A stretch of DNA of 64,000 bases from Botryllus schlosseri. Lineage: Eukaryota. Position 1 is the stretch's first letter. Each line of letters starts with the position of its first letter. The stretch covers positions 15,810,001 through 15,874,000 of the forward strand of contig CM119384.1 in the NCBI GenBank assembly GCA_051294905.1, read 5' to 3'. The notes under the pieces were generated by a model. That model had not been told where the DNA came from. It saw nothing but the letters and a program-made list of their open reading frames with translations, and ran no database searches. The position numbers and the translations under genes are program-made. This document shows positions 1 through 61,694 of the stretch, piece after piece.

Positions 1-81
1 TTTTCGGCCCGGATTTGCGCGTGCCGATATAGCTGCTGTAAGGTGTTTTCGTGCGGCACATTGTATTCGTAGTTGCCAGAG

Positions 82-152
82 TAGCCTGCGTCTGGTGGTA
101 GTGGGTAATGAGCAAGGTAGCACGACAAGATGCTGGGTTCGACTCCGAAACG
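82..152 (+). repeat. tRNA-derived SINE-like head (degenerate Pol III A/B boxes)
   Basis: A-box-like TGGTGGTAGTGG at about 93-104 and B-box GGTTCGACTCC at about 136-146. No full cloverleaf seen. Confidence 0.35.
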
Positions 153-3100
153 CTTCTTCTGCCGATATTGAGAAAAGAATAGAATATTTGAGTTGGCAGT
201 GACGGTTAAATCTACGACTTTCGGCGCGAAAGACTGTAAACTATTCTCGGCGGTAGCACGTTAATCTAGACAAGACAATTTTACCTCGACTTTACCTTCT
301 ACATGTCACTCTCTAGCCCCATATAATTGCAAAAAATCCGTTGCATACTTTAAATTTTGACATCATTCCAATTTTTGAAAGTCCATCGGTCCGCCAGACA
401 TATTTTGAAATTTTACCGGTCCGCGAGATGAAAAATTTTGAATACCACTGCCTTATACCACAGACGTGCTATCGTTCGTGATGGTACTTGTATAGTTTAC
501 CAATATCATCGATGGTATGGCAAATGCCTGGTAACATTGTGCTCATGAGATGTGTCGTTGAGGTGTTGACGAATAAATGCAAATATGTATTTTGGAGCAG
601 CATAACTTTCTTGCAACAGTGTAATGTACTCTCCAATTTCGAGCCATAAAGTATAGACAACTTCGACTATACAGATATATTAAAATATGTAGTAGGCCAT
701 ACATGGGAAACAGATGCGACTGAGGAATATTGCGGGATCGACGATCCTATTGTATAATCCGTGGATTCAGGGAAATCTGGAAATGATAAAGTCTTGAAAA
801 CATCGTGCATATGATTTATCATCTAATAACTACGGGAAATTAGCTTTGCATGGCTTTGCACTGTGTCTATGGGAAACATCTTGTGAAAGAAATCATCGGA
901 TGATATTGCGTATATGGCGCAGGCAGAAATTACATTTATCGCAAATTTGCTTGAACTTAAATATGGCACCGACTCCTGTACTCGTATTTGCAAATGTCGA
1001 CCATAAATATTTGGTCAGGGGCAGGAAAACCAATATATGCTCATTGGTCACTTGAAACAGTTGCACACGGCAAGACTTCATCTCATTGTGCGGTGAGTCT
1101 GGCTGCGGCGCTACGTAACCTCGAGCGAGGATTGTTATACAGAGGATTACTCTAATCGGTTTTTCCAGGTTACAAGGTTGCTGTTGTTGTTGTTGTCGAC
1201 GACTAAATTTGACATTTATACGAACCCGGTGCTCTTGATTGCTAAGATATCAAGATTTTTGAACGAATAATGATGAGGTCGAATAAAAACACTTGTACAT
1301 GAATTCAGGAAGCTGCTGTCTTCCGTTATTCTACCCTCATAGGGTGCATAGAAGAGCAGACATAGCATTCTGATATAATCCACGTTCGTTTTGTAAGACA
1401 CAGCTTCCTCAGATCGGATTGCACGGAGGAGCCTATATAGATTTCATTCCGTCCTTTCGGTAGGCATGTGCCCATTTCTGGAGTAGGCCTTGACCGAACT
1501 TGAACTGGCATCGCCGTTGCTGGTGCAGTAGTAAAACGTATCACTACGTCACCTCTCTATTGTCAGGCTATGGCTGTAATGATTGGTTGCAGGCAGAAAA
1601 ATTACTCGGCGACTGCAATTTGACTGGGCAAACTTCCAACAATTAATTTAGTTTCAACCACTATTAGTTATTGGAATCCAAATTTAAGGGCATATCTAGC
1701 TGAATGTTGAATTATTCGCGATTATGCGGGAGGGTAGGCGTATAACATCCGGTATCATCACTGTTTTTATAGGGAGATTTCGCGGAGACAAGGTATAACC
1801 AAGAGTTTTGATACGACATCCTGGTTTAAGAACCAAGGAAAATGCCGTGTTACGTTAACCTCGTCAGGTCCTATGGTGGATGAGAAGTAGGTATATACCA
1901 TTCGGAATAATCAGTATCTCTACAGCACGGGTCGGCAACGGCCGATACTCGTGTTATTTGCGGCACGCGAGATGATTTGGCACACATAAGATATTATAAC
2001 CATGTTTTTGCAAAAAGTGAAACAGATATTTTTTTTGATGTACAAAGCTGGTAGCCGATCCCAAATTATCTCGTAAATCACCATAATGTGGAGTATTTTG
2101 GGGCAGATTTTATTTATCTTGGAAAATTTTCCGTAGTTCGCGCGATTTACGGCAACCTGATTTCTTGATTATAATATGGGAACCCCCCAAAAATATATAT
2201 AGATATATGGAAAATATTTTTTAAATATGCTTTATGTGCAAAAATGAGTCCACCCCTACACTGTAAATATTCTAGTGTCTTTAAAAGCACAAAAGATATC
2301 ACGTTTCATGTTCAAAAAGATATCACAATAAAATGTGCTTGATGCTGTGTATATTGTGATTCAAGATTTATGTGCTATATATATAGTGCTTCATGATTAA
2401 AGCGCTATCTGAGCTGTGCTACGGCTTGATATGGATTACTAAATAATCTGGCGTACTCGACGACTTATCCTGTTCGAAACCAGCAATATATGAACATTTT
2501 ACTATAAACGAAACAAGTGATGTGCATGCTTTCAAGAAAACATGTTATCAAAACAATGCACTTGTAGACATTAAACGAAATTTACAAATCTTGCACATAT
2601 ACCTGAATGTATAGCATAGAGGCCAAGATTGAAGAACAAACTTGTAAATTAACGGGCTAAGCAGCACTGAACTATTTGACAATACTTCCATTATATCATG
2701 TCAAGTCATGCCAGACGTAGAACTTCAGAGGTGCAAAAAGTTGTAGTACTTACTACTTACTGATATCTAGATGTCATGGCCAAAGTGGGAACAAGTATAA
2801 ACAAAAGATAAGGGACACCGAACCATCAAGTTCCTGGGATACTTTCCATACTAGATTGCTTGTACCAGCCAGCACTAGAACTTCAATAAGTACGAGGTGG
2901 TGCAAATTCAAAAGTATTGACTGCCTTCACAGTTAGATGCCAAGCTAAAAGTAGGAACTAGCAATCTAGCATAACGAAAAGATAAACGACACTGCTGGAA
3001 TATTTGCAATGTCAGATTACTTGCACATTATATGACAAGACGTGAGTAGAATTGCCAACTTCAAATGCGAATGGACCAACGAACGATTGTAAAACCAAAT

Positions 3101-3289
3101 GGAATGCTAACAAAGGTCTTCTGCTGCAGCAGACTGTTCGAATTTATGAAAAAAATCAGATAGTTTGGTGGATACATATTGATTATTCTTGTCACCGACA
3201 ACGACATACTGCACGAACTCCAGGAGCTGGAATTCTGTGGGCTAAGACAGGTCCCAATATAGATATATCGACTTTCCATTAAATAAAAG

Positions 3290-3750
3290 GGCAAAAGAAC
3301 ATAAAGATAATCAGTTTTGGGGCCCTTGTTGAGCGCCTCCAGCGTGGACGATCGTGGGCGTCTTCGGGCGATAGCCCGCGTTGCGCTAGCTCGTTCTCTA
3401 TTGTCGAGCCCCATGTGGTTCTATTCCAGCCACCTCTGCGCCATGGCTCCGTCGGAATGTGGTTGATGATGGCGGCAACTTGTTGATCGTATTGATGCCG
3501 CACTAGAGGACTGATTAGGCGGAAGCGTCGTTCAGCAGCCAGCAAACGGCATGGGACCGTTTTTGTGAGTTTGCGCAGTGCATTGGTGGATATGTGCTCC
3601 GGGTGGTGGATGCCGAGTGCGTTGCGGAGGAGTACATCGTAGTTGGCGTTGAGCGTCTTAGCCAGCTTTTCTGTCAGCGTGAGTGCTTCTATTCCGTAGA
3701 GAAGAGCCTGCTCGACAGTGGCATTGAAAATGCGGGTCTTGAGCATCATT
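3290..3750 (-). mobile_element. 5'-truncated RTE-type non-LTR retrotransposon (C-terminal thumb region)
   Basis: Part of ORF 3279-4070: KTRIFNATVEQALLYGIEAL...LLRNALGI...RRGG..RTTW...DRPRWRR, typical of the end of RTE-clade ORF2. Confidence 0.75.
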
Positions 3751-4585
3751 CTTTCGTAGTATGTTCTGATCTCTTCAACTGTGGTTGGTGCGATCAAATT
3801 CCAGTTATCTTCCCTTACCTGTAAGAGAATGTATGTGTCTAAAAGAATGATTAGAATATGATCAGATCTATGAATATATTCATACAACGGGGTTGTAATG
3901 ACTCGAGTCACGATTTTCTGATGACTCGACTTGACTCGAGTCAATATGTGTATCGACTTGACTTGGACTCGAGTCATTACGCATGACTCGAACCTAGTCA
4001 TATGACTAGAGACTCCGACGGCCAAGAGCGACGTTTCCATATAATCTCGAGAGTAGTAAAGTATAACCACCCAATTGAGAGTTCATCTATTGGTACTGGT
4101 ACTTGAAAATGTAACCAGATAGATACCAGTGTTGGGATCAAGTCACTACCTTCGAGTCACGAGTCATTGCAGATTTTGACTCGAGTCAAGTCAAGTCAAT
4201 CGATTTTCAAAGGTGACTCGAGTTAAGTCAAGGCACTCGATTTTTGGCGGTGCCTCGACTCAAGTCACATTTCAAGTCAAGTCGCCTTTTCGAAGTATGA
4301 GGCATGATTACATCATTGCATTTTGCTAGCTGTCTAAAATACAGATTGAGTGGTCATTGATTCTGAACCGATGAACGAATATTAAGTTAAATATGCACGC
4401 AACAAGGCGCTGTATCGCTCGCATAAACGTAGAACTGTTGAACTACGTAGATAATTGCATAGCCTCAGTTTATATAGTAAACAGCAAAAATAGAGAAACG
4501 AATTGATAAGATGCAATACATTACCCATTTACAAATAGATATGATACAATTCGAGCATGCGCTAATGGTTGAGGACAATATAAAC

Positions 4586-6141
4586 CAGTGGTTCTTAACC
4601 TTTTTTCGTCCAGCGCCCCCTTTCAAAAATTATCGTGCTCCAGCGCCCCCTCAACTTCATATTGTAAGGAATGTAATAAAGACAATGAGTAAGAGGGAGG
4701 GCCGTAACAGCACTTCGTCAACCCCCCTAAAAACGATTGCCTTGCGCACCCATAGCGTGATAAACCGAACTTCTGAGGGCTTCGCCCCCACGAACCCCAT
4801 ATCGTGATTTTGATGGTCAGCAAAGTTTGTGTGGCCTGGTCCCCCTAGGTACCAAAATTTGCTATAATGCACGGTAATTGCATATTTTCTATAATGCATG
4901 GTAATTACATTTATAAGTCGCTATAAACTTTTTATCCTCTCAGCCCACGTAATCAGATTTACCAGTAGCACTGAGTGAGCTGTTGTATAGGAAAATAAGG
5001 GGCACGTAATTAATAATTAAACATATTCGGGCGTTCCCGCAGGTACAATTATTCGTTACCAGGGCCGTAACAGCACTTCGTCAGCCCCCCTCCCCAAACA
5101 TAAAACGTTGGTCCTGGGCCCCCATCGGGTGATAAACCAAACTTCCGGGGGACTTCGCTCCCAGACACCCATTAGGCTGTCCGCTATTTGCTGATAGCCT
5201 ATTAGGTATCTACATTGGGTGTACATTTACTGAGGGAGCTATTCTCGCCTAGTCGCGCGAAGTGCGAAAAATTTCACTAATTAATGATTGAATTGGTCAA
5301 TATCCTCGGGAATTGCATGTAAATTGAGATCAATTTTTATCCTCTCTCTGCTCACGTAAACACATTTACCGGTAGAGCTGAGTTAGGTGCAATGTTCCCT
5401 CTAAGCTGCGCACGTGCGCAGTGCTGACACGGTCTCTGCGCACAGAAAATCTACGTTGCGCACAACAAATCCGGAGTTATTACCTTTTTTTAGTCGTTAC
5501 GCACTGTTGTCCAAGGGTCAGCGCAGTGAGTTCTTGAGTGTGCGCAGACTCATCAAAACTTAAAGCGAACATTGTGAGGTTTCTTGGAAACTGTAGGGCC
5601 CGTTACCAATAATTAAACATATTCGGGCAGGCGAACCCGTTGGTATGACCTCGTTGCATGATGTTATTTCGTGACCCCCTGTCTGCAATATCAAAAAATA
5701 TAGAATCGCTCAACGGGGATATCACCCAACAGGAATGTCCCTGACGCCCAATCGTACTAAACTATAAGACGCACACGATTTCAGATTGGTATTTCTTCAC
5801 TGACATATAATTTTTCCCTGCCAGATGGAATTCGTCTTCTGGGGTTCAGATTGCCAAGACAGGAACATTCGGTGTCAGTCATTTAGGCGCCCATGGACAA
5901 TTAAACCTATATGTATTTTGAAGGCTATATGTAACGAAGTTTTCAGTGTTAATTTGCTCTGAATACTCATTAAGGATATGTCCTATCACCACATCATCTA
6001 CTGCGAAGCCATTTTTCTCCATCGCCCCCCATACCACCCCCCGAGCCCATCGCCCCCCATATCGCCCCCTGAGCGTTTCCGCCCCCTTCAACATCGCCAG
6101 CGCCCCCTGGGGGGCGCTGGGGGCAAGGTTAAGAACCACTG
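4586..6141. mobile_element. hAT non-autonomous element C nested in B
   Basis: 15-bp TIRs CAGTGGTTCTTAACC / GGTTAAGAACCACTG, perfect TSD ATATAAAC, subterminal GCGCCCCC motifs and internal direct repeats. Confidence 0.9.
5390..5574. mobile_element. Small MITE D nested in C
   Basis: Imperfect TIRs CAATGTTCCCTCTAAG / CTTAAAGCGAACATTG with TGCGCA subterminal repeats. TSD not clear. Confidence 0.55.
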
Positions 6142-6949
6142 ATATAAACTATGTTCAAATTCAATTTCAATAAATTAAGAGGTTTGGTGAAGGTATGAAC
6201 AGAGAACAGAACTGGACATTTTTCCATTTTATTGGTTTACTACTAGAGTTTACGACAATGTAGCTGTAAGCTTCGATCACTTTGTTTGCGGTCAATCTAT
6301 TTGTGAGAGAACAATCGAGGCTAAGTGAAACGCTCGACCATTGAATGATTGGTCACTTTCAAGGGTTACACCAGCGTTTCGCGAACCATCCGAGCATATG
6401 CAAGATACAGTGATAAATATCGACACCGATTACTTGATGACTTGAAATTGGCTAGTGAATTTTGCTCACGAGTCACGAGTCAATCCGCATTTCTGATACG
6501 CCAAGTCAAGTCAAGTCATTTTAGCAAAGTGACTCGAGTCAAGTCATGACTCTAGTCATCCCAACACTGCAAGATACTATTAAAAGTGAGGAAAATTAGT
6601 ATATCATAAATGCGAACCATTCGATATCATTAAACAGAGATATAACAGTGGGTTTAACAAGACTTTATCTGGAAACTGAGCAGTCAACACAATGACTCAG
6701 ACTCGGACTTGAGTCATAATTTCCATGACTCGGACTTGAACCTCTGCTTGATGACTTTGACTGGGTGGTGGCAATTGAAAATGACTCGACTGGACTCGAG
6801 TCAAAACTAAAAAAGTGACATTGACTTGCGACTCGGAGCCTTGTGACTTGGTTACAACCCTGTCATACACATACAGTGAAGAAACAGCCTTGGCACATAA
6901 TCTCTATAACAAAGCAATAAGAAGTTGTCATAATTGCATGCATACTCAC

Positions 6950-8155
6950 TAGTCTGATGTCGCCCATGGTAGGGAACGTTCCAAGAAATCTCTTTCTTCG
7001 TTAGCTGAGAACGCCGGAGCCCGTATTGATGCTTGAATAGAGACAAGCCTTTGTGCCAATTGCGGTCTACATAAGCTGTACGAGTGTACGTGATTCGAGC
7101 GCTTGCTGAACTTTGAAGCTGAATACCAGCAAGGGCATCGGAGCAATGAGTTCAGGGTCTTTGGGACTGCACGACGGCTGCAATATTGATGGAAATATAA
7201 AATAGAATCTTACTAGAATTATGCGGATAAATACCATAACATCCACATGGAGATCTGCATTAGTTGCTCCGGCATCTCCCCGAGATATGAGCAGCAGACA
7301 CAGACAGTTTAGCTCAATTCATAGCAAAATATTACAAAATAATGATTACCGGTATTGGCGTGGCTGAAGGTCCTATATCCTCCCGGACTGATGGCTCTAT
7401 GGGTAGGGTGGTATCTGACTGCGCGAGTGATTCTACATCAATACGGAGCGACTCATCCACAGGCAACGTGGTGTCCGACTCTGCGAGTGACGCTGATTCA
7501 CCGCACGGATTGTTTGGGTCTGCGACTGAGAAAGATTCATGGCGTGTATTGTCTGGACCTCCATTAGTTGCTAGTTTCTCCCATAACTGTAACAACAAGA
7601 TTCAGTTGCATGAACGGAGCTTCCATAGTTAATTAGCTGGTACTTCTTGCAGTCTCAACAGACGCCAGACGATACGTCATTTGGTACGTCATTTGCCAAA
7701 GGTCTTTATCACGAAGCTTGGTGAAAATATCCGAATCTACGTCATTCTCTGAGATATGAAATAATTTTGAACATAACATTAATTGACAGAGCTTGCATGT
7801 ACAAATCAGACTTGACGTTTCAGCAAATGTTTTGTAAGCCGATCTGAACTCCCAACAAAGGGGCACAACCAATAACAAGACTGTCCGTTAGACATTTATC
7901 AAAAGTACACGCTAATAATAACCTAAGCTGCATAGTAGCCATTCTAATAGATCACAATTGGCACCAGCATTCAACCAACTCCACACAAGATGTACTGAAT
8001 ATAACTGCACAAGCTGTCTCGATTAGCTAGTTAACAGGGCACATTGCTGAAGCTATATTACTTATATACTTACCTTCCAATGTCTGGATGTGCTGCCATG
8101 CAATACCGTTACTCGCCAAGAAAGCTTCAAAATCCGCATGCTGATTCCCTGTCAT
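6950..8155 (-). pseudogene. Putative degenerate spliced gene with N-terminal SAM-like domain, head-to-head with the GH31 gene
   Basis: Candidate exons 8155-8074 (G|GTAAGT donor), 7748-about 7660, 7586-7350 and 7177-6950 (two in-frame stops). FEAFLASNGI..HIQTLEENDVDSDIFTKLRDKDLWQM resembles a SAM core. The exon-2 donor is ambiguous. Confidence 0.4.
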
Positions 8156-9722
8156 CGCGATCACACCACATCGCAAAAGAGCGAGAAACGGCCGAAAAAA
8201 GAGGAAGTTTAAGAACAGCACTAAAGGTCACTCCCGGTCGTGGCGCTTTAGCACGATATTGTGCTGCCACAAGCGGCAGATTTGGCGATTGCGCTTTATC
8301 TCATTTACAGTGTAGTAACTATGAAAGAACGGCAACCTAATATCGTATGACACCGTTCGGACGCTTTAGTGCAGCCTGCGGGAGCGCGACTATAGTAGGC
8401 TATAGGAACCGGCATTTCGGCGCTGGGCATTTCCACGCTAGGTGACAAGACGTAAACATAACGAATCTAGTGCCAGACCAACCCTAACATGACATCAAAC
8501 CGACTTGTTTGATACAGGTGTGGGCACATTTTTCATCATCAGACCACATCATCGTAACGACATTGATGTGCTTGTCAATTAATTATTGGCTATGGTACCG
8601 AACACAGCGGATTTGGAAACGACCAAAGGAACCTAGGAACCACAGAATATCGATCATAGCGCGACTATAAAAATAAATGATGCAAATATTACGTTCATTA
8701 AGCGTTTATTAGTGCGGGAGCGATCAAACTTTATACCCTTCGCGACCGAAACTTCAAGATTTACCAGCGTAACCGATGCCGTTGCCAACTTCAATTAATC
8801 GGTTGGTGGGATTCCTTGCTTGAAACGCTAAATATGACAAAATTATAAATATCTGGAATGCGAGATGGTAATATTTTGACATTTTTCGACGTTTGCCACG
8901 CTGCATGCGAAAGGTTGACGAGTCCTGCTCTATAGGAAGTTGAAAAAGTTGCTTAGTATCTTCTGGATTGATGGGTATTTCAAATGATTTGAGACGTGTT
9001 CGCAGTCAGTAATATCGCCATTGTATCGAAAATACTATCAGTGTAGCAGCAGAAGACTTAGGCTACAGTCTGATGTTCAGTGGATTGTGAGTCAACATCA
9101 GGCATTGAACGACGGACAAAGGGCTATGGATTAGTCTGGTCGAGAAATGCAAAATCATTTTTGATTGCAACTGGCATTATATTTCTTGTTGCTGCGAAAT
9201 CGATAATACTTGAACGTCATTATTGCTGTTAATACCAGGAGTTTCGTAAATGATCGACCCGAAGCTTATAGTTCGAAGCTCGAGTCGGAATCGAATCCTA
9301 TTCGATATTACTTGAATCCTACTCGTCATGACATGCATGACCCACAAGCTTCTGGAAGTACAGAACTTCAATATTGCAACAAACAATATGTTGGTTCATA
9401 TTTCAAATTTGGTTAACCGCGTTTACTGGCGTACTCCCCCGATGAGAATTGGTCGAATAGCTACGAGTGGAATAAATTTGGCATTTTGAACAATGAACAC
9501 ATTGCGGCATAAGTAGCCTAACCATAAATATCATGAATACGTTTTCTCGAATGGTGGTAATTATCATGGTTACAACATGTTAGATATCAGCAACAAGACT
9601 TATTCCATTGGGATTTATGCCCTCGAAACTATTCTTTGGTGTCGCTTACGCATCCGTTCAACCTTTTTCGAATGTAGAAATGTGCCCATAAGTTAACTGG
9701 TGCTAACAAAAAGACCAGGAGA

Positions 9723-59412
<49,690 letters not shown>

Positions 59413-59497
59413 TTTCTTTTTCGTACCTTTTCTATTTCCAATCAAACGCTTTTTTACATTTTCTTCATCTGATCAATTCCATGTATTTTGAGAAATC

Positions 59498-59503
59498 AAT
59501 AAA
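59498..59503 (+). terminator. Polyadenylation signal AATAAA of the GH31 gene
   Basis: AATAAA about 85 nt after the stop codon in T-rich 3' sequence, with GT-rich sequence downstream. Confidence 0.6.
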
Positions 59504-59595
59504 TTAAGTTTCATGTGCGATATTGCCTTTTCGTGGTCCAGTCGTGTCGAACTACAGGTTGTCGGTCTTATATAGCGATACGACTTTCTCCAGGC

Positions 59596-59786
59596 CAATG
59601 GTTCCCAGCCTTTTTATGGTCGGGACCCACATCTCATTTGGAAAGTAGAGTGCCAAAAAGGCCGGTGCCTTCGCCCATATCTATGCTCACTGTTCGCGGC
59701 TAATTTTGGAAAACTGATTGCTAAAAATGGATCTGATTACTAAGAACAGGCCAGCGTTTTCGCGATCCCCAAGTTGTAAACCACTG
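59596..59786. mobile_element. Short hAT-like MITE
   Basis: CAATGGTTCCCAGCC ... GTTGTAAACCACTG, TSD only 5/8. Confidence 0.45.
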
Positions 59787-60638
59787 CTATAGCCTAGTCT
59801 AGACCAAGAGAAACTCGTTGGTAAAACTTATCAGGTGTGAGGTCACTTCCGGCCTGCAAGAGCTCCTCGTTGCACCCGCTAGTGTGAAGTTCCACATAAA
59901 ATCTTCGGAGAGTTGTGTGAGCCCAGTAGGAACATTCTTTCACTACGGATGTTAGATGTGGACGCGAAATTTTGATTTATCAGGAATCATCAGCAAGGTC
60001 TATACTCGATAGTTCCTTTACTAAGTCTCCCTGCGGACATCCCTGTGTTACAGTTAGATTCACCCATTCAAAATACGTAATCCACGATATTGAATTAAAA
60101 TTCGAATTACCGCAACTCTCATTTCCGCGCGGTGACACGGGGTTAGCGTAGCCTGGTTGTCATCGTACAGATTGCGCTGTGATAGTCATGTAATTCGCAT
60201 TCAGAAAATGTGCGGTTTACCAGCACAGAGAACAGAGACGACAGTATAGTCTTCACGTCAGCTTGGTTCTATGTGGATAGCCTAGTGATCGTATACAGTT
60301 GCAATGACTTGAGCAACAAGTCACCTATATACTAAATATATTGTATAGTTCTAAAGGGCCTACCCAATACCCATGTGCCTATGTTTATATAACTGTCTTA
60401 CTGTCTATATCGGGTAGTATATCATAGCCTACAATGGCTGAACTTGTAGTAGGTCTACTATGCTGTTTCAGTAAATGGCAATACATACAATCAGCAGAGT
60501 AATCGAGCATAGTTCCGATATTTGAATTTGCGTGCTTCCGAAATATACGCGAGGGCGATGAAATTCTGTAGCATGCTTTCGTTCAATAGTGTTGCAGCCT
60601 ATCGTTGAAATTTCCAGCCGGCGCGCATCAGTCATCAC

Positions 60639-61694
60639 TAGGGCCATTTAAGTCATATTTTTTTCTATGCATCAGTAAGTCGTGCAATCAATTTTAACGT
60701 AAAAACCGCATCCCTATGGGGTATAATAAGGAAGTTATAAAGTCATATTTTCCTGGTTAGGTCATATTTGAGTTATAAAGTCATATTGTTGTGTACTTTA
60801 AATAATAAGTGCCAATTTAAGCGGTGAAGCGATTAAGCACTAAGTAAGGCAAACTATAAGGTTAGCCTACATAACATTACAGTTACAGACCTACGAGGTC
60901 ACACATTGCATTATGTGGTCAGATAATGCATCATGTTGCTACAAAATTCATTATACCTCTGTGCACTGAAGTGGGACGTCAGTTGAAGTTCAGTCAGTGG
61001 GCAGGCAAGCTAAAAAGCTCAGTCTTGGTCTACTTATGTACAAATACATTACAACTAGTAGCAAACTGAAGAATAAAACAGTTGAATATATACAGTAGGG
61101 CTCTTCAAAAATGACTTTTTTTTCTCAAATCGTACTGGCTACTTGATAAAATTGTTAGGTTACCTAATTTAAGCCTACACACAAAATTTGGTTCAATTCC
61201 AGCCAGTAACCGCTTTGCTACAAGAGAGGAAAGTTACTATTTATTATATAAAAATAGATAATAAAAAATTTCAAAATTTTCTGTTCACCCCATGAAAGTG
61301 TTAGGCTGGCAATAGAAACGATGCTCACCAAATTTGGTTCAATTCCAACCAGTGGCAGCGGAGTTATTGCCGTCGAAAAATTTGGATTTGAATAAAATAG
61401 TATTTACGGTGACCGATTCTTTGTTTATTTATTATAGTTGTGCTCACCGTAAATACTATTTTATTCAAATCCAAATGAACAGCATCTTGCAACACTCAAT
61501 TGGATTGAAGCAATAACAACCCGCTCCTCAGGTCTGCAACAAGCATTCTCTGCAACTGTTATGTTGTGTATGTTTTACTCGTCAGTTCCATGAGTTGGTT
61601 ACATGTAAAAATACACGATTTTCACATAAAGTCATATTTTCCAAAAAATAAAGTCATATAATCGATTTTTTAAGGTCATATAAAAATGGCCCTA
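60639..61694. mobile_element. hAT MITE with AAGTCATAT subterminal repeats
   Basis: TIRs TAGGGCCATTT / AAATGGCCCTA and perfect TSD GTCATCAC. Confidence 0.9.

Larger units (their letters stand above)
4127..6569. mobile_element. hAT MITE family B nested in A
   Basis: TIRs CAGTGTTGGGAT / ATCCCAACACTG, degenerate TSD ATAGATAC / CAAGATAC, internal GACTCGAGTCAAGTC repeats. Confidence 0.8.
3888..6862. mobile_element. hAT MITE family A (GACTCGAGTC-rich), interrupted by nested elements
   Basis: TIRs C(G/A)GGGTTGTAA / TTACAACCCTG, TSD TCATACAA / TCATACAC. Its two halves (3888-4126 and 6570-6862) align with the intact copy at 22558-23005. Confidence 0.85.

Noticed and set aside
82-152. Functional tRNA gene
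   Set aside because: A/B-box-like motifs are present, but I could not fold acceptor or anticodon stems.
1216-1544. Minus-strand ORFs as a continuation of the SAM-like pseudogene
   Set aside because: No motif or phase link could be established.
3279-4070. 263-aa ORF as an intact gene
   Set aside because: It is a composite: the first part translates MITE A repeats (TRVKS motifs), the middle is intron-like, and the end is an RTE fragment.
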